64,000 bases of DNA from Gloeobacterales cyanobacterium (GTDB lineage: Bacteria; Cyanobacteriota; Cyanobacteriia; Gloeobacterales; PMM-0068): assembly GCA_038245785.1 (NCBI GenBank), contig JBBRSB010000001.1, positions 82,725-146,724 of the forward strand, read 5' to 3'. The position numbers and the translations under genes were made by a program. Each line of letters begins with the position of its first letter. Position 1 is the first letter of the stretch. This document shows, in pieces, positions 55,238 to 64,000 of this stretch. The notes under the pieces are model-generated. The model saw nothing but the letters and a program-made list of their open reading frames with translations. It was not told where the DNA came from and ran no database searches.

Positions 55238-58200
55238 ATGAACAGCAACGAACTGCCCGCGAAACAAGGTCTGTACGATCCACAGTTCGAGCATGACGCC
55301 TGTGGTGTCGGCTTTATCGTGCACATGAAAGGACATAAGTCTCACGATATTGTGACGCAGGCTTTGACCATTCTGGTGAACCTTGACCACCGGGGAGCTT
55401 GTGGTTGCGAGACGAATACGGGGGACGGAGCAGGCATTCTGATGCAGGTACCGCACAAGTTCCTGAAAAGAGTAGCGCAGGCAGAAAACATTACCCTGCC
55501 CGAAGCAGGGCAGTATGGCGTCGGCATGATTTATTCCTCGACCGATCCTGCTGCACGGGCGAAGAGCCGACAGATTTTTGAAAAGATTGCATCCGAGGAA
55601 GGCCTAGATGTTCTGGGCTGGCGCAATGTGCCGACGGATAACTCATTGCTGGGGGATACCGCCAAGTCTAGCGAACCCTTTGTGGAGCAGGTATTCATTC
55701 AACGACCCGCAGATTTGGCAGACGATTTGGCTTTTGACCGTAAGCTCTACGTCATCCGCAAGCTAGCGCACAATGCCATCCGCGCAACCAAAATAGACGC
55801 CTGTTGGTATCCCTCCAGCCTCTCCTGCCGCACGATTGTCTATAAGGGAATGCTGATGCCCATACAGGTGGGGCAATATTATCCTGAGCTCCACGATCCA
55901 GATGTGGAGAGTGCCTTGGCCCTGGTTCACTCCCGATTCAGCACCAATACCTTCCCTAGTTGGGAGCGCTCCCATCCCTATCGCTACATCGCCCACAACG
56001 GCGAAATCAATACGATGCGCGGCAACATCAATTGGATGATTGCCCGACAATCGATGTTCCAGTCGGAGCTGTTTGGAGAGGATATCCAGAAGATCCAGCC
56101 TGTGATCAACATCGATGGCAGCGACTCGACTATTTTCGACAATGCGCTTGAACTGATGGTTCTAGCCGGGCGGTCACTACCCCATACGGTGATGATGATG
56201 ATTCCTGAGCCGTGGACGGCTCATGAGTCGATGAGCGATGAGAAAAAAGCTTTTTATGAATACCACTCCTGCCTGATGGAGCCGTGGGATGGCCCAGCAT
56301 CCATCGCTTTCACCGACGGTACAATGATTGGCGCGGTGCTTGACCGTAACGGCCTCCGCCCCTCCCGTTACTACGTGACCAAAGACGATCTGGTGATCAT
56401 GGCTTCGGAAGCAGGCGTACTGCCGATCGAACCGGAGCGGGTAGCAGAGAAAGGCCGCTTGGAACCAGGCCGGATGTTCCTGGTGAATATGGAAGAGGGC
56501 CGCATTGTCACAGACGAAGAAATTAAGCACCAAATTGCGACGGAGCATCCCTATCGCCAATGGATCAACCAACATATGGTTGAACTGGCAAGCCTGAAAG
56601 ATGCGCCTGAATTGCCAGCATTAGATACTCTGCCTCTGCTGCAACGCCAGATGGCCTTTGGCTACACCTTTGAAGAACTGCGCATGTTATTGACACCGAT
56701 GGCCCGTGATGGTGTCGAGGCCATTGGAGCAATGGGTTCGGATACGCCCCTGGCCGTGCTTTCTGACCGCCCTAAACTACTGTATGAATACTTTCAGCAA
56801 CTCTTTGCCCAGGTGACGAACCCACCGATTGATTCTATCCGCGAAGAAATTATCACTTCGGCGGAGACGACCATCGGTTCTGAGCGCAACTTGCTCAAAC
56901 CCGAGCCCGAAAGCTGCCATTTGATTGAGCTGAAAACACCGATTCTCAGCAACGAAGAGCTGGCCAAGCTTAAGTATTTAGCTAAGACCGAGATGCAGGA
57001 GACCGAGACGCGAAATTTCGCGTCTTTACTGCTCCCTATCCTTTTTGATCCAAAGTCTGGGAGGCAGGGTCTTGAGCAGGTGATGGATGAGCTTTTTGCA
57101 AAGGCAGATGAGGCCATTGCCGCAGGGGTGAGCATCCTTATCCTTTCCGACCGAGGCGTGGATAAAGATAAGGCTCCCATTCCGGCACTGCTTGCGGTTG
57201 CGGGACTGCATCACCACTTGATCCGTGAAGGCACCCGTACACGGGTGGGTCTTGTGCTCGAATCGGGTGAACCACGGGAAGTCCATCACTATGCAACCCT
57301 AATTGGCTATGGCTGCGGAGCGATCAATCCCTATCTTGCTTTTGAGACGCTGGATGACATGATTGGTCAAGGCTTGCTGGTGGATGTTGACCATAAGACT
57401 GCCTGCAAGAACTACATCAAAGCCGCAACTAAAGGGGTTACCAAAGTTGCTTCAAAGATTGGGATCTCGACGTTGCAGAGCTATCGTGGGGCTCAGATTT
57501 TCGAAGCGATTGGTCTGAATCAGGCGGTTGTTGACAAATACTTCACTTGGACGGCCTCTCGCATTGAGGGTGCGGACCTGGAAGTGATTGCGAAAGAAGC
57601 AATTTTGCGACACGGTCATGCCTTCCCAGACCGTCCCGGAGATGGTCACACCCTCGATGTTGGCGGTGAATACCAGTGGCGTAAGGAAGGGGAAGCGCAT
57701 CTGTTCAGCCCAGAGACGATTCACGCCCTGCAAAAAGCGGTGCGTGGCGGTAGCTATGAGATGTACAGACAGTACGCCGCCTTGGTCAACGAGCAAGGGC
57801 AGAAGTACTACACCTTGCGCGGACTGCTGGAGTTCAAGCAGCGAGCATCGGTACCGATTGAAGAAGTCGAGCCAATCGAAGCGATCCTGAAGCGCTTCAA
57901 AACCGGGGCGATGAGCTACGGCTCCATCTCCAAGGAAGCCCACGAAACCCTGGCGATTGCGATGAACCGGATTGGCGGCAAATCGAACACGGGTGAAGGG
58001 GGCGAAGATCCTGACCGCTACACCTGGACCAATGAGCAGGGCGACTCGAAAAATAGTGCGATTAAACAGGTTGCCTCCGGTCGTTTCGGTGTTACCAGTC
58101 TCTATCTCTCCCAGGCTAGGGAACTTCAGATCAAGATGGCACAGGGCGCAAAACCGGGTGAGGGAGGACAGCTTCCTGGCAAGAAGGTCTATCCCTGGAT

Positions 58201-59857
58201 TGCAAAGGTGCGCCACTCGACGCCAGGCGTGGGACTGATCTCGCCGCCGCCACACCACGATATCTACTCCATCGAAGACCTGGCCGAATTGATTCATGAC
58301 TTGAAGAATGCAAACCGAGCGGCACGGATTAGCGTCAAGCTCGTGTCTGAAGTTGGGGTCGGGACGATTGCGGCGGGCGTTGCGAAGGCACACGCGGACG
58401 TCGTCCTGATCTCAGGCTATGACGGAGGGACAGGCGCTTCTCCTCAGACCTCGATTAAGCATGCGGGATTGCCCTGGGAACTGGGTCTTGCTGAAACCCA
58501 TCAAACCCTCGTGCTGAATAATCTGCGTTCCCGGATTGTGGTCGAAACCGATGGCCAGATGAAGACAGGCCGGGATGTGGTGATTGCTGCGTTGCTGGGA
58601 GCCGAAGAGTTCGGTTTTGCCACTGCTCCTCTAGTTTCGCTCGGCTGCATCATGATGCGCGTCTGCCATCTCAACACCTGCCCAGCCGGGATTGCCACGC
58701 AGGACCCCTATCTCCGTCAGAACTTCACAGGCGACCCTGCCCATGCTGTGCATTTCATGACCTTCATTGCCCAGGAAGTGCGTGAGCTGATGGCCCAACT
58801 TGGTTTTCGCACCCTTAATGAAATGGTGGGCCGCACCGACGTGCTCGATCCGAAGAAAGCAGTGGCCCACTGGAAAGCGAAGGGTCTCGATTTCTCGAAG
58901 ATTCTCTATCAGCCACAGGTCGGACCAGAAGTAGGTCGCTATTGTCAGATTCCTCAGGACCACGGCCTCGAAAAATCCCTCGACATGACCGTATTGCTTG
59001 ACCTCTGTAAAGCAGCGATTGAGAAGGGTGAATCGGTGAAGACAGATCCGCCGCTCCCGATCAAAAACGTGAATCGCGCCGTCGGTACGATTCTTGGCAA
59101 CGAAATCACCAAGCGTCACTGGGAAGGCTTGCCCGAAGATACGGTTCACCTGCATTTCCAAGGCAGTGCGGGTCAAAGCTTTGGCGCCTTTGTGCCCAAA
59201 GGGGTCACCCTCGAACTGGAAGGCGATGCCAATGACTACCTCGGCAAAGGACTCAGCGGCGGCAAGATCATGCTTTATCCACCAGCCGCTTCCACCTTTG
59301 TGGCAGAGGATAACGTCATTGTCGGGAACGTAGCCCTCTATGGGGCGACCTCCGGTGAGGTCTATATCCGAGGAATTGCTGGGGAACGTTTCTGTGTCCG
59401 CAACTCAGGCGTGAACACCGTCGTTGAAGCCGTCGGCGACCATGGCTGCGAATATATGACCGGAGGAAAAGTCGTTGTCCTCGGGCGCACCGGACGCAAC
59501 TTTGCAGCGGGTATGAGCGGTGGGGTTGCCTACATCCTCGATGAGCAGGGTGATTTTGCAACGCGCTGCAATACGCAGATGGTTGGCTTGGAAAAGCTGG
59601 AAGATCCAGAAGAGATTCACGATCTTCGTCAGTTGATTCAGAACCATGTGGACTATACCCAAAGCCAAAAGGCGATCCAGGTCCTGGCAAACTGGGAAGC
59701 GATGCTGCCTAAGTTCGTCAAAGTGATGCCAAGGGACTACAAGCGCGTACTGCAAGCGCTGCAAGAAGCTCTAAAAAGCGGCTTGAGTGGCGACGATGCC
59801 CTTGATGCCGCTTTTGAAGCGAATGCCCGCGACGTTGCGCGTATCGGTGGTAGCTAG
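55238..59857 (+). CDS. gltB: glutamate synthase large subunit
   Basis: 1539 aa with the N-terminal amidotransferase Cys ([11 protein letters not shown]), FMN and 3Fe-4S regions and the C-terminal GXGXG β-helix. Followed by gltD. Confidence 0.97.
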   Translation: MNSNELPAKQGLYDPQFEHDACGVGFIVHMKGHKSHDIVTQALTILVNLDHRGACGCETNTGDGAGILMQVPHKFLKRVAQAENITLPEAGQYGVGMIYSSTDPAARAKSRQIFEKIASEEGLDVLGWRNVPTDNSLLGDTAKSSEPFVEQVFIQRPADLADDLAFDRKLYVIRKLAHNAIRATKIDACWYPSSLSCRTIVYKGMLMPIQVGQYYPELHDPDVESALALVHSRFSTNTFPSWERSHPYRYIAHNGEINTMRGNINWMIARQSMFQSELFGEDIQKIQPVINIDGSDSTIFDNALELMVLAGRSLPHTVMMMIPEPWTAHESMSDEKKAFYEYHSCLMEPWDGPASIAFTDGTMIGAVLDRNGLRPSRYYVTKDDLVIMASEAGVLPIEPERVAEKGRLEPGRMFLVNMEEGRIVTDEEIKHQIATEHPYRQWINQHMVELASLKDAPELPALDTLPLLQRQMAFGYTFEELRMLLTPMARDGVEAIGAMGSDTPLAVLSDRPKLLYEYFQQLFAQVTNPPIDSIREEIITSAETTIGSERNLLKPEPESCHLIELKTPILSNEELAKLKYLAKTEMQETETRNFASLLLPILFDPKSGRQGLEQVMDELFAKADEAIAAGVSILILSDRGVDKDKAPIPALLAVAGLHHHLIREGTRTRVGLVLESGEPREVHHYATLIGYGCGAINPYLAFETLDDMIGQGLLVDVDHKTACKNYIKAATKGVTKVASKIGISTLQSYRGAQIFEAIGLNQAVVDKYFTWTASRIEGADLEVIAKEAILRHGHAFPDRPGDGHTLDVGGEYQWRKEGEAHLFSPETIHALQKAVRGGSYEMYRQYAALVNEQGQKYYTLRGLLEFKQRASVPIEEVEPIEAILKRFKTGAMSYGSISKEAHETLAIAMNRIGGKSNTGEGGEDPDRYTWTNEQGDSKNSAIKQVASGRFGVTSLYLSQARELQIKMAQGAKPGEGGQLPGKKVYPWIAKVRHSTPGVGLISPPPHHDIYSIEDLAELIHDLKNANRAARISVKLVSEVGVGTIAAGVAKAHADVVLISGYDGGTGASPQTSIKHAGLPWELGLAETHQTLVLNNLRSRIVVETDGQMKTGRDVVIAALLGAEEFGFATAPLVSLGCIMMRVCHLNTCPAGIATQDPYLRQNFTGDPAHAVHFMTFIAQEVRELMAQLGFRTLNEMVGRTDVLDPKKAVAHWKAKGLDFSKILYQPQVGPEVGRYCQIPQDHGLEKSLDMTVLLDLCKAAIEKGESVKTDPPLPIKNVNRAVGTILGNEITKRHWEGLPEDTVHLHFQGSAGQSFGAFVPKGVTLELEGDANDYLGKGLSGGKIMLYPPAASTFVAEDNVIVGNVALYGATSGEVYIRGIAGERFCVRNSGVNTVVEAVGDHGCEYMTGGKVVVLGRTGRNFAAGMSGGVAYILDEQGDFATRCNTQMVGLEKLEDPEEIHDLRQLIQNHVDYTQSQKAIQVLANWEAMLPKFVKVMPRDYKRVLQALQEALKSGLSGDDALDAAFEANARDVARIGGS

Positions 59858-59934
59858 AATTCATAACTGCTGTAGGGAGAACGGCCATTCATCCCTACGC
59901 CCTCTTACCGAATGGCCATTCTTGAGACACGACC

Positions 59935-61413
59935 ATGGGAAAACCAACTGGCTTTATTGAATATCTCCGCGAAGCACCTTCTGAAGTAGAACCGCTCGAA
60001 CGCATCCGCAACTGGGATGAATTCCACCTGCCGATGGAAGAGGAAAAGCTCCGCACCCAAGGAGCTCGCTGTATGGATTGTGGCATCCCGTTTTGTCACA
60101 CGGGTAACGTGATCAGCGGGATGGCCAGCGGCTGCCCCGTCAATAACCTGATCCCTGAATTCAACGACCTTGTCTATCGAGGACTCTGGCGTGAAGCCCT
60201 GGATCGTCTGCACAAGACGAATAACTTTCCCGAATTCACAGGCCGCATTTGTCCTGCCCCCTGCGAAGGGGCCTGTGTCCTTGGCATCAATAACCCTCCG
60301 GTCACGATTAAGAACATCGAGTACTCGATCATCGACAAAGGCTGGCAAGAAGGTTGGATTACTCCCGAACCTCCGGCCAAACGTACCGGGAAAAATGTTG
60401 CCATCATCGGCTCCGGTCCTGCTGGTTTATGCGCCGCCGCCCAACTCAATAAAGCAGGGCATTGGGTGACCGTATTTGAACGGGCTGACCGTCCGGGTGG
60501 TCTCCTGATGTATGGTATTCCCAACATGAAGCTGGACAAGGAAGAAATCGTCCTTCGCCGTCTAAACGTGCTGGAAGACGAAGGCGTCAAGTTCGTCTGC
60601 AATACAGAAGTGGGCAAAGACCTGCCTGTGGAAAAGCTACTCCTAGACTTCGACTCCGTCGTCCTCTGCACCGGAGCGACCAAACCCCGCGACTTGCCGA
60701 TTGAAGGCCGCCAGCTAGAAGGTATCCATTTTGCGATGGATTTCTTAACGGCAAATACAAAGGCAGTTCTAGATCGTGGCGAAACCTCAATGTCTGCTGC
60801 AGGCAAAGATGTCGTCATTATCGGTGGTGGGGATACAGGTACGGACTGTGTTGGCACCTCGATTCGTCACGGCTGCCGGAGCCTAGTACAGCTTGAGATC
60901 ATGCCCAAGCCACCATCGGCTCGTGCGGCGGATAATCCTTGGCCCGAATGGCCCAAGGTCTATAAAATGGACTATGGCCAAGAGGAAGCGGCGGCTAAGT
61001 TTGGGGAAGACCCACGCGGTTATGTGACTACCGCCACCAGGTTCGAAGGCGATGAAAATGGACAGGTGAAAGCGGTTCATACCATCCAGGTGCAGTGGCA
61101 GAAAAATGACAAGGGACAATTCATTCCGGCACATGTCCCTGGCACTGAACAAGTCCTGCCTGCCCAACTTGTTCTTCTGGCAATGGGCTTCCTCGGTCCT
61201 GAGCAACCGTTACTCAATGCCCTTGGGGTAGAGCGTGACCCACGCAGCAATGTGAAAGCCGACTATGGTAAGTATGCCACTAGCATTCCTGGCGTCTTTG
61301 CCGCCGGTGATTGCCGCCGTGGGCAGAGCCTCGTCGTCTGGGCTTTCAACGAAGGCCGTGGTGCTGCCCGTGAATGTGACCTTTACCTAATGGGTAGTAC
61401 TGATTTACCCTAG
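59935..61413 (+). CDS. gltD: glutamate synthase small subunit (NAD(P)H-dependent)
   Basis: Fe-S Cys clusters ([18 protein letters not shown]) and dinucleotide folds ([21 protein letters not shown]). Confidence 0.95.
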   Translation: MGKPTGFIEYLREAPSEVEPLERIRNWDEFHLPMEEEKLRTQGARCMDCGIPFCHTGNVISGMASGCPVNNLIPEFNDLVYRGLWREALDRLHKTNNFPEFTGRICPAPCEGACVLGINNPPVTIKNIEYSIIDKGWQEGWITPEPPAKRTGKNVAIIGSGPAGLCAAAQLNKAGHWVTVFERADRPGGLLMYGIPNMKLDKEEIVLRRLNVLEDEGVKFVCNTEVGKDLPVEKLLLDFDSVVLCTGATKPRDLPIEGRQLEGIHFAMDFLTANTKAVLDRGETSMSAAGKDVVIIGGGDTGTDCVGTSIRHGCRSLVQLEIMPKPPSARAADNPWPEWPKVYKMDYGQEEAAAKFGEDPRGYVTTATRFEGDENGQVKAVHTIQVQWQKNDKGQFIPAHVPGTEQVLPAQLVLLAMGFLGPEQPLLNALGVERDPRSNVKADYGKYATSIPGVFAAGDCRRGQSLVVWAFNEGRGAARECDLYLMGSTDLP

Positions 61414-61485
61414 GAGGATAGCTTCTACTGTCCAGCCCCTCGTTTTGCTTCTGAAGCCAATACACGAAGAAAAAAGGAAAGGAAC

Positions 61486-61698
61486 ATGATGCAGTTTTCT
61501 CCACAAACCGTCTACGACAACCTCAAGCTGCTTGAGCGTGTGGACGTTGCTACCAGCGCACTCTACCGCCAACTAGCGCAAGATGCACTGGGAGATCCAG
61601 AAGTCAGCCTTGCCTGGAGACAAGCTATTGCCGACCGCCTCAATCAAGCCAACTATCTTCTTGGGAAGCGGACCGTAGTCGATAACGATAGCTATTAG
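61486..61698 (+). CDS. hypothetical small protein
   Basis: 70-aa ORF with GGAAAGGAAC upstream of the ATG. No motif recognised. Confidence 0.4.
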   Translation: MMQFSPQTVYDNLKLLERVDVATSALYRQLAQDALGDPEVSLAWRQAIADRLNQANYLLGKRTVVDNDSY

Positions 61699-61739
61699 AT
61701 GGTTGACTCTTATTGGACTACTGACTGCTTTAATGCCCG

Positions 61740-62444
61740 CTAAATGGTGAACTCTTCGACCAAAGAGGCCTCTAGCTGTTTCAACACCGCTTTCGCTCCA
61801 GCTTCAGAGGATGCAGGATTCTGTCCTGTAATTAGATTGCCATCGCTCACTACGTAGGACTGCCAGTCTTCTGACTTGGAATATTTGCCGCCATTCTTGT
61901 TCAGCTCATCTTCCACCAGGAACGGTACGATCTCAGTCAGGCCAACCGCTGCTTCCTCAGTGTTGGTAAAGCCTGTTACAGATTTATTTTGGACTAGAGG
62001 AGTGCCATCGGGCGCTTTCGTATGGCGCAATACGCCAGGAGCATGACAGACGGCGGCGACAGGCTTGCCCGCAGCATACATAGCTTCAATCAAGGCAATG
62101 GAGTCGGAATCTTCAGCCAGATCCCACAGCGGACCGTGGCCACCGGGATAGAACACGGCATCATAGGCTTCAGCGGATAGGCTCGACAGCTTTACCGTAT
62201 TCGCCAAAGCAGTTTGCGCCGCTTGATCTCCTCTAAAGCGAGCGGTTGCCTCGGTTTGAGCATCCGGCTGGTCACTTTTAGGATCAAGCGGTGGTTGTCC
62301 GCCTTTGGGAGAAGCGAGCGTAATTTCGGCGCCTCCATTTTTGAAGACGTAGTAGGGAGCCGCAAACTCCTCTAACCAAAACCCCGTTTTTTTGCCACTA
62401 TCGCCCAACTTGTCGTGGGAAGTCAACACCATCAAAATTTTCAT
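61740..62444 (-). CDS. DJ-1/PfpI family (class I glutamine amidotransferase-like) protein
   Basis: MKILMVLTSHD..TGFWLEEF..PY, with nucleophile-elbow Cys in VAAVCHAPG. Confidence 0.88.
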   Translation of the reverse strand: MKILMVLTSHDKLGDSGKKTGFWLEEFAAPYYVFKNGGAEITLASPKGGQPPLDPKSDQPDAQTEATARFRGDQAAQTALANTVKLSSLSAEAYDAVFYPGGHGPLWDLAEDSDSIALIEAMYAAGKPVAAVCHAPGVLRHTKAPDGTPLVQNKSVTGFTNTEEAAVGLTEIVPFLVEDELNKNGGKYSKSEDWQSYVVSDGNLITGQNPASSEAGAKAVLKQLEASLVEEFTI

Positions 62445-62498
62445 CGTTATTTCCTTTGTGTTTGTTTAGTCTGTACATTTAACCGATCGCAAAGCCGC

Positions 62499-63599
62499 TT
62501 ACTTCCAAGCGCGTTCATATTGAACCGGCGTCGGTACCGCCTGACGCAGTTGTTTCGCAGCCTGCAGCGCCCAATAGGGATCACGCAGCATTTCTCTAGC
62601 GAGTAACACCATATCCGCCTGACCTGTACGGATAATCTGGTCAGCCTGCGCGGGTGCAGTAATCATGCCAACAGCTCCGGTAGCGATGTTTGCTTCGCGT
62701 CGGATCCGATCGGCAAAAGAAGTTTGATAGCCTGCGCCCACCGGAATCTTTTCACCCGGCACAATCGCACCCGAAGAACAATCGATGAGATCAACGCCCA
62801 GTGATTTCAATTTATCGCTGAGCGCAATACTTTGTTCAAGGTCCCAACCATTAGGAACCCAATCGGTTGCAGAAATGCGAACCCAAAGCGGTGTCTGATC
62901 AGGCAGAATATTGCGCACTGCCTGAACGACTTCACCTAAAAACCGAATGCGATGCTCAAAACTGCCACCGTACTCATCTGTCCGTTGATTGCTCAAGGGA
63001 GACAGAAATTCATGCAGCAGGTAGCCGTGAGCCGCATGAATCTCAATCACGTCAAATCTAGCTTCGAGGGCGCGCCGAGCTGCGTCCACAAAGGATGTCG
63101 TCAGATTTTTAATGTCTTCGATACTGAGCGCGGTCGGGTCGAGGCTGTCTGACTTAAATGGAATGGCGCTGGGCGCAATCGGGGTCCATCCCCCTTGAGC
63201 TTCGGGAAGCACATCTCCGCCCTCCCAAGGTGGAGACGTGCTCGACTTTCGACCCGCATGAGCAAGCTGAATGCCAGCAACAGCGCCATTGCGATGAATT
63301 AACTCCACAATTCGCGCCAACATTTCAATGTGGGCATCTTGCCAGATTCCTAAATCTTGGGGCGTGATGCGACCTTGCGGCTCGACTGCCGCTGCCTCCG
63401 TCATCACAAGACCTGCCCCTCCAACAGCCCGACTGACGAGATGAACAAGATGCCAATCGTTCGCGAATCCATCTTCGCTGGAATATTGGCACATAGGAGA
63501 AACTGCAATCCGATTCCGGAAGGTAACACCCCGTTGGTCCAATGGTTCAAATAAATGCGGCATATTTGCAAACCGATGAATCAGTGCTACTTCGTTCAA
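62499..63599 (-). CDS. Old Yellow Enzyme family NADPH:flavin oxidoreductase (NamA-like)
   Basis: NRIAVSPMCQY, HLVHL..RA.GGAGL and IHAAHGYLLHEFLSP. Confidence 0.92.
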   Translation of the reverse strand: MNEVALIHRFANMPHLFEPLDQRGVTFRNRIAVSPMCQYSSEDGFANDWHLVHLVSRAVGGAGLVMTEAAAVEPQGRITPQDLGIWQDAHIEMLARIVELIHRNGAVAGIQLAHAGRKSSTSPPWEGGDVLPEAQGGWTPIAPSAIPFKSDSLDPTALSIEDIKNLTTSFVDAARRALEARFDVIEIHAAHGYLLHEFLSPLSNQRTDEYGGSFEHRIRFLGEVVQAVRNILPDQTPLWVRISATDWVPNGWDLEQSIALSDKLKSLGVDLIDCSSGAIVPGEKIPVGAGYQTSFADRIRREANIATGAVGMITAPAQADQIIRTGQADMVLLAREMLRDPYWALQAAKQLRQAVPTPVQYERAWK

Positions 63600-63701
63600 G
63601 GCTTTAAGGGCCTATATCGTCCATTCTGTCGCTTTATCTTCAGCGTGGCATCAGCCCATAGACGTGTGAGTGTGTTGGGCGGCCCCTAAAAACTGGATTG
63701 A

Positions 63702-64000
63702 TCACGGGCTTTGTGGGAACAACTCGCTCATGCGGTCGAGGATGTGCTTCTGCATGACCGTGCGGATGGTCGATTGCTCGACAATCATCAGGAGGTGGCC
63801 CCCTCTCTCGAAACGGACCAGCCTTGCACCTGGAATTGTGGAAGCAGCGAACGCAGCATTGTGGTAGAGCTGCAGGGTGTCGTCTGTGGCATGGAATACC
63901 AGGGTCGGGGCTTGGATCGCGGCTATCCTCTCACCTGGCAGTGTAGCCTTGTTATCGAAAGCAACACCGGCAGCTCGCAGCGAAACCGGGTTCATATAAT
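63702..64000 (-). CDS. α/β hydrolase, C-terminal part (N-terminus beyond the right edge)
   Basis: PTLVFHATDDTL (catalytic Asp context) and ERGGHLLM (His) form the C-terminal α/β-hydrolase pattern. The frame is open to the window end. Confidence 0.7.
   Translation of the reverse strand, partial: YMNPVSLRAAGVAFDNKATLPGERIAAIQAPTLVFHATDDTLQLYHNAAFAASTIPGARLVRFERGGHLLMIVEQSTIRTVMQKHILDRMSELFPQSP

Noticed and set aside
55342-59764. Numerous 60-310-aa ORFs on both strands inside gltB (for example 57452-58393 minus).
   Set aside because: They lie entirely within a well-supported 1539-aa conserved gene. They are typical antisense or off-frame ORFs of GC-balanced coding DNA.
1-64000. Scan for tRNA T-arm signatures (GGTTCGAATCC-like), rRNA, CRISPR repeat-spacer periodicity, IS inverted repeats with transposase, and HIP1 (GCGATCGC) enrichment.
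   Set aside because: Reading the sequence revealed none. The GGGGGTTC in the 34.7-kb repeat lacks a complementary T-stem, so it is not a tRNA fragment I can support. The absence of tRNAs should be confirmed with tRNAscan-SE.

Overview
This window reads as a cyanobacterial chromosome segment. Markers are psaE, XisI, two Uma2/DUF820 genes, an RRM-type Rbp, DUF4336 and NADH-GOGAT gltB-gltD. All family calls come from signature motifs I read in the supplied translations or in my own translations; no database or HMM search was possible.

About 55 protein genes are present. Most are housekeeping: lon, prolyl oligopeptidase, yebC-like, mutT, ftsH, hrcA, ruvB, a tldD-like gene, rplU-rpmA, thiG, purQ, psaE-mutM, nadB/nadA, a moaD-like/moeB pair and gltBD. 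I saw no rRNA, tRNA, CRISPR array, intact transposase or integrase.

Small accessory pockets sit between the core genes:
1. A 1.3 kb xisI + vapBC islet bracketed by a 40-bp direct duplication of the mutT 3' end (8.6-10.0 kb).
2. A compact locus with a KAS III condensing enzyme fused to a heme-oxygenase-like di-iron domain, a TAATG-coupled unknown gene and a divergent Coq4-like gene (10.0-13.3 kb).
3. A decayed patch of gene remnants (16.4-18.8 kb).
4. A collapsed toxin-antitoxin islet (23.3-24.3 kb).
5. A compositionally mosaic glycosyltransferase / ABC exporter / deacetylase / kinase island (42.7-49.6 kb).
6. An extremely Met-rich zinc-ribbon protein immediately upstream of a stand-alone DUF2126 putative amidoligase (50.0-52.9 kb).

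Loci 2 and 6 are my best candidates for uncharacterised biology. Both are hypotheses from domain content and gene coupling only, not demonstrated systems.
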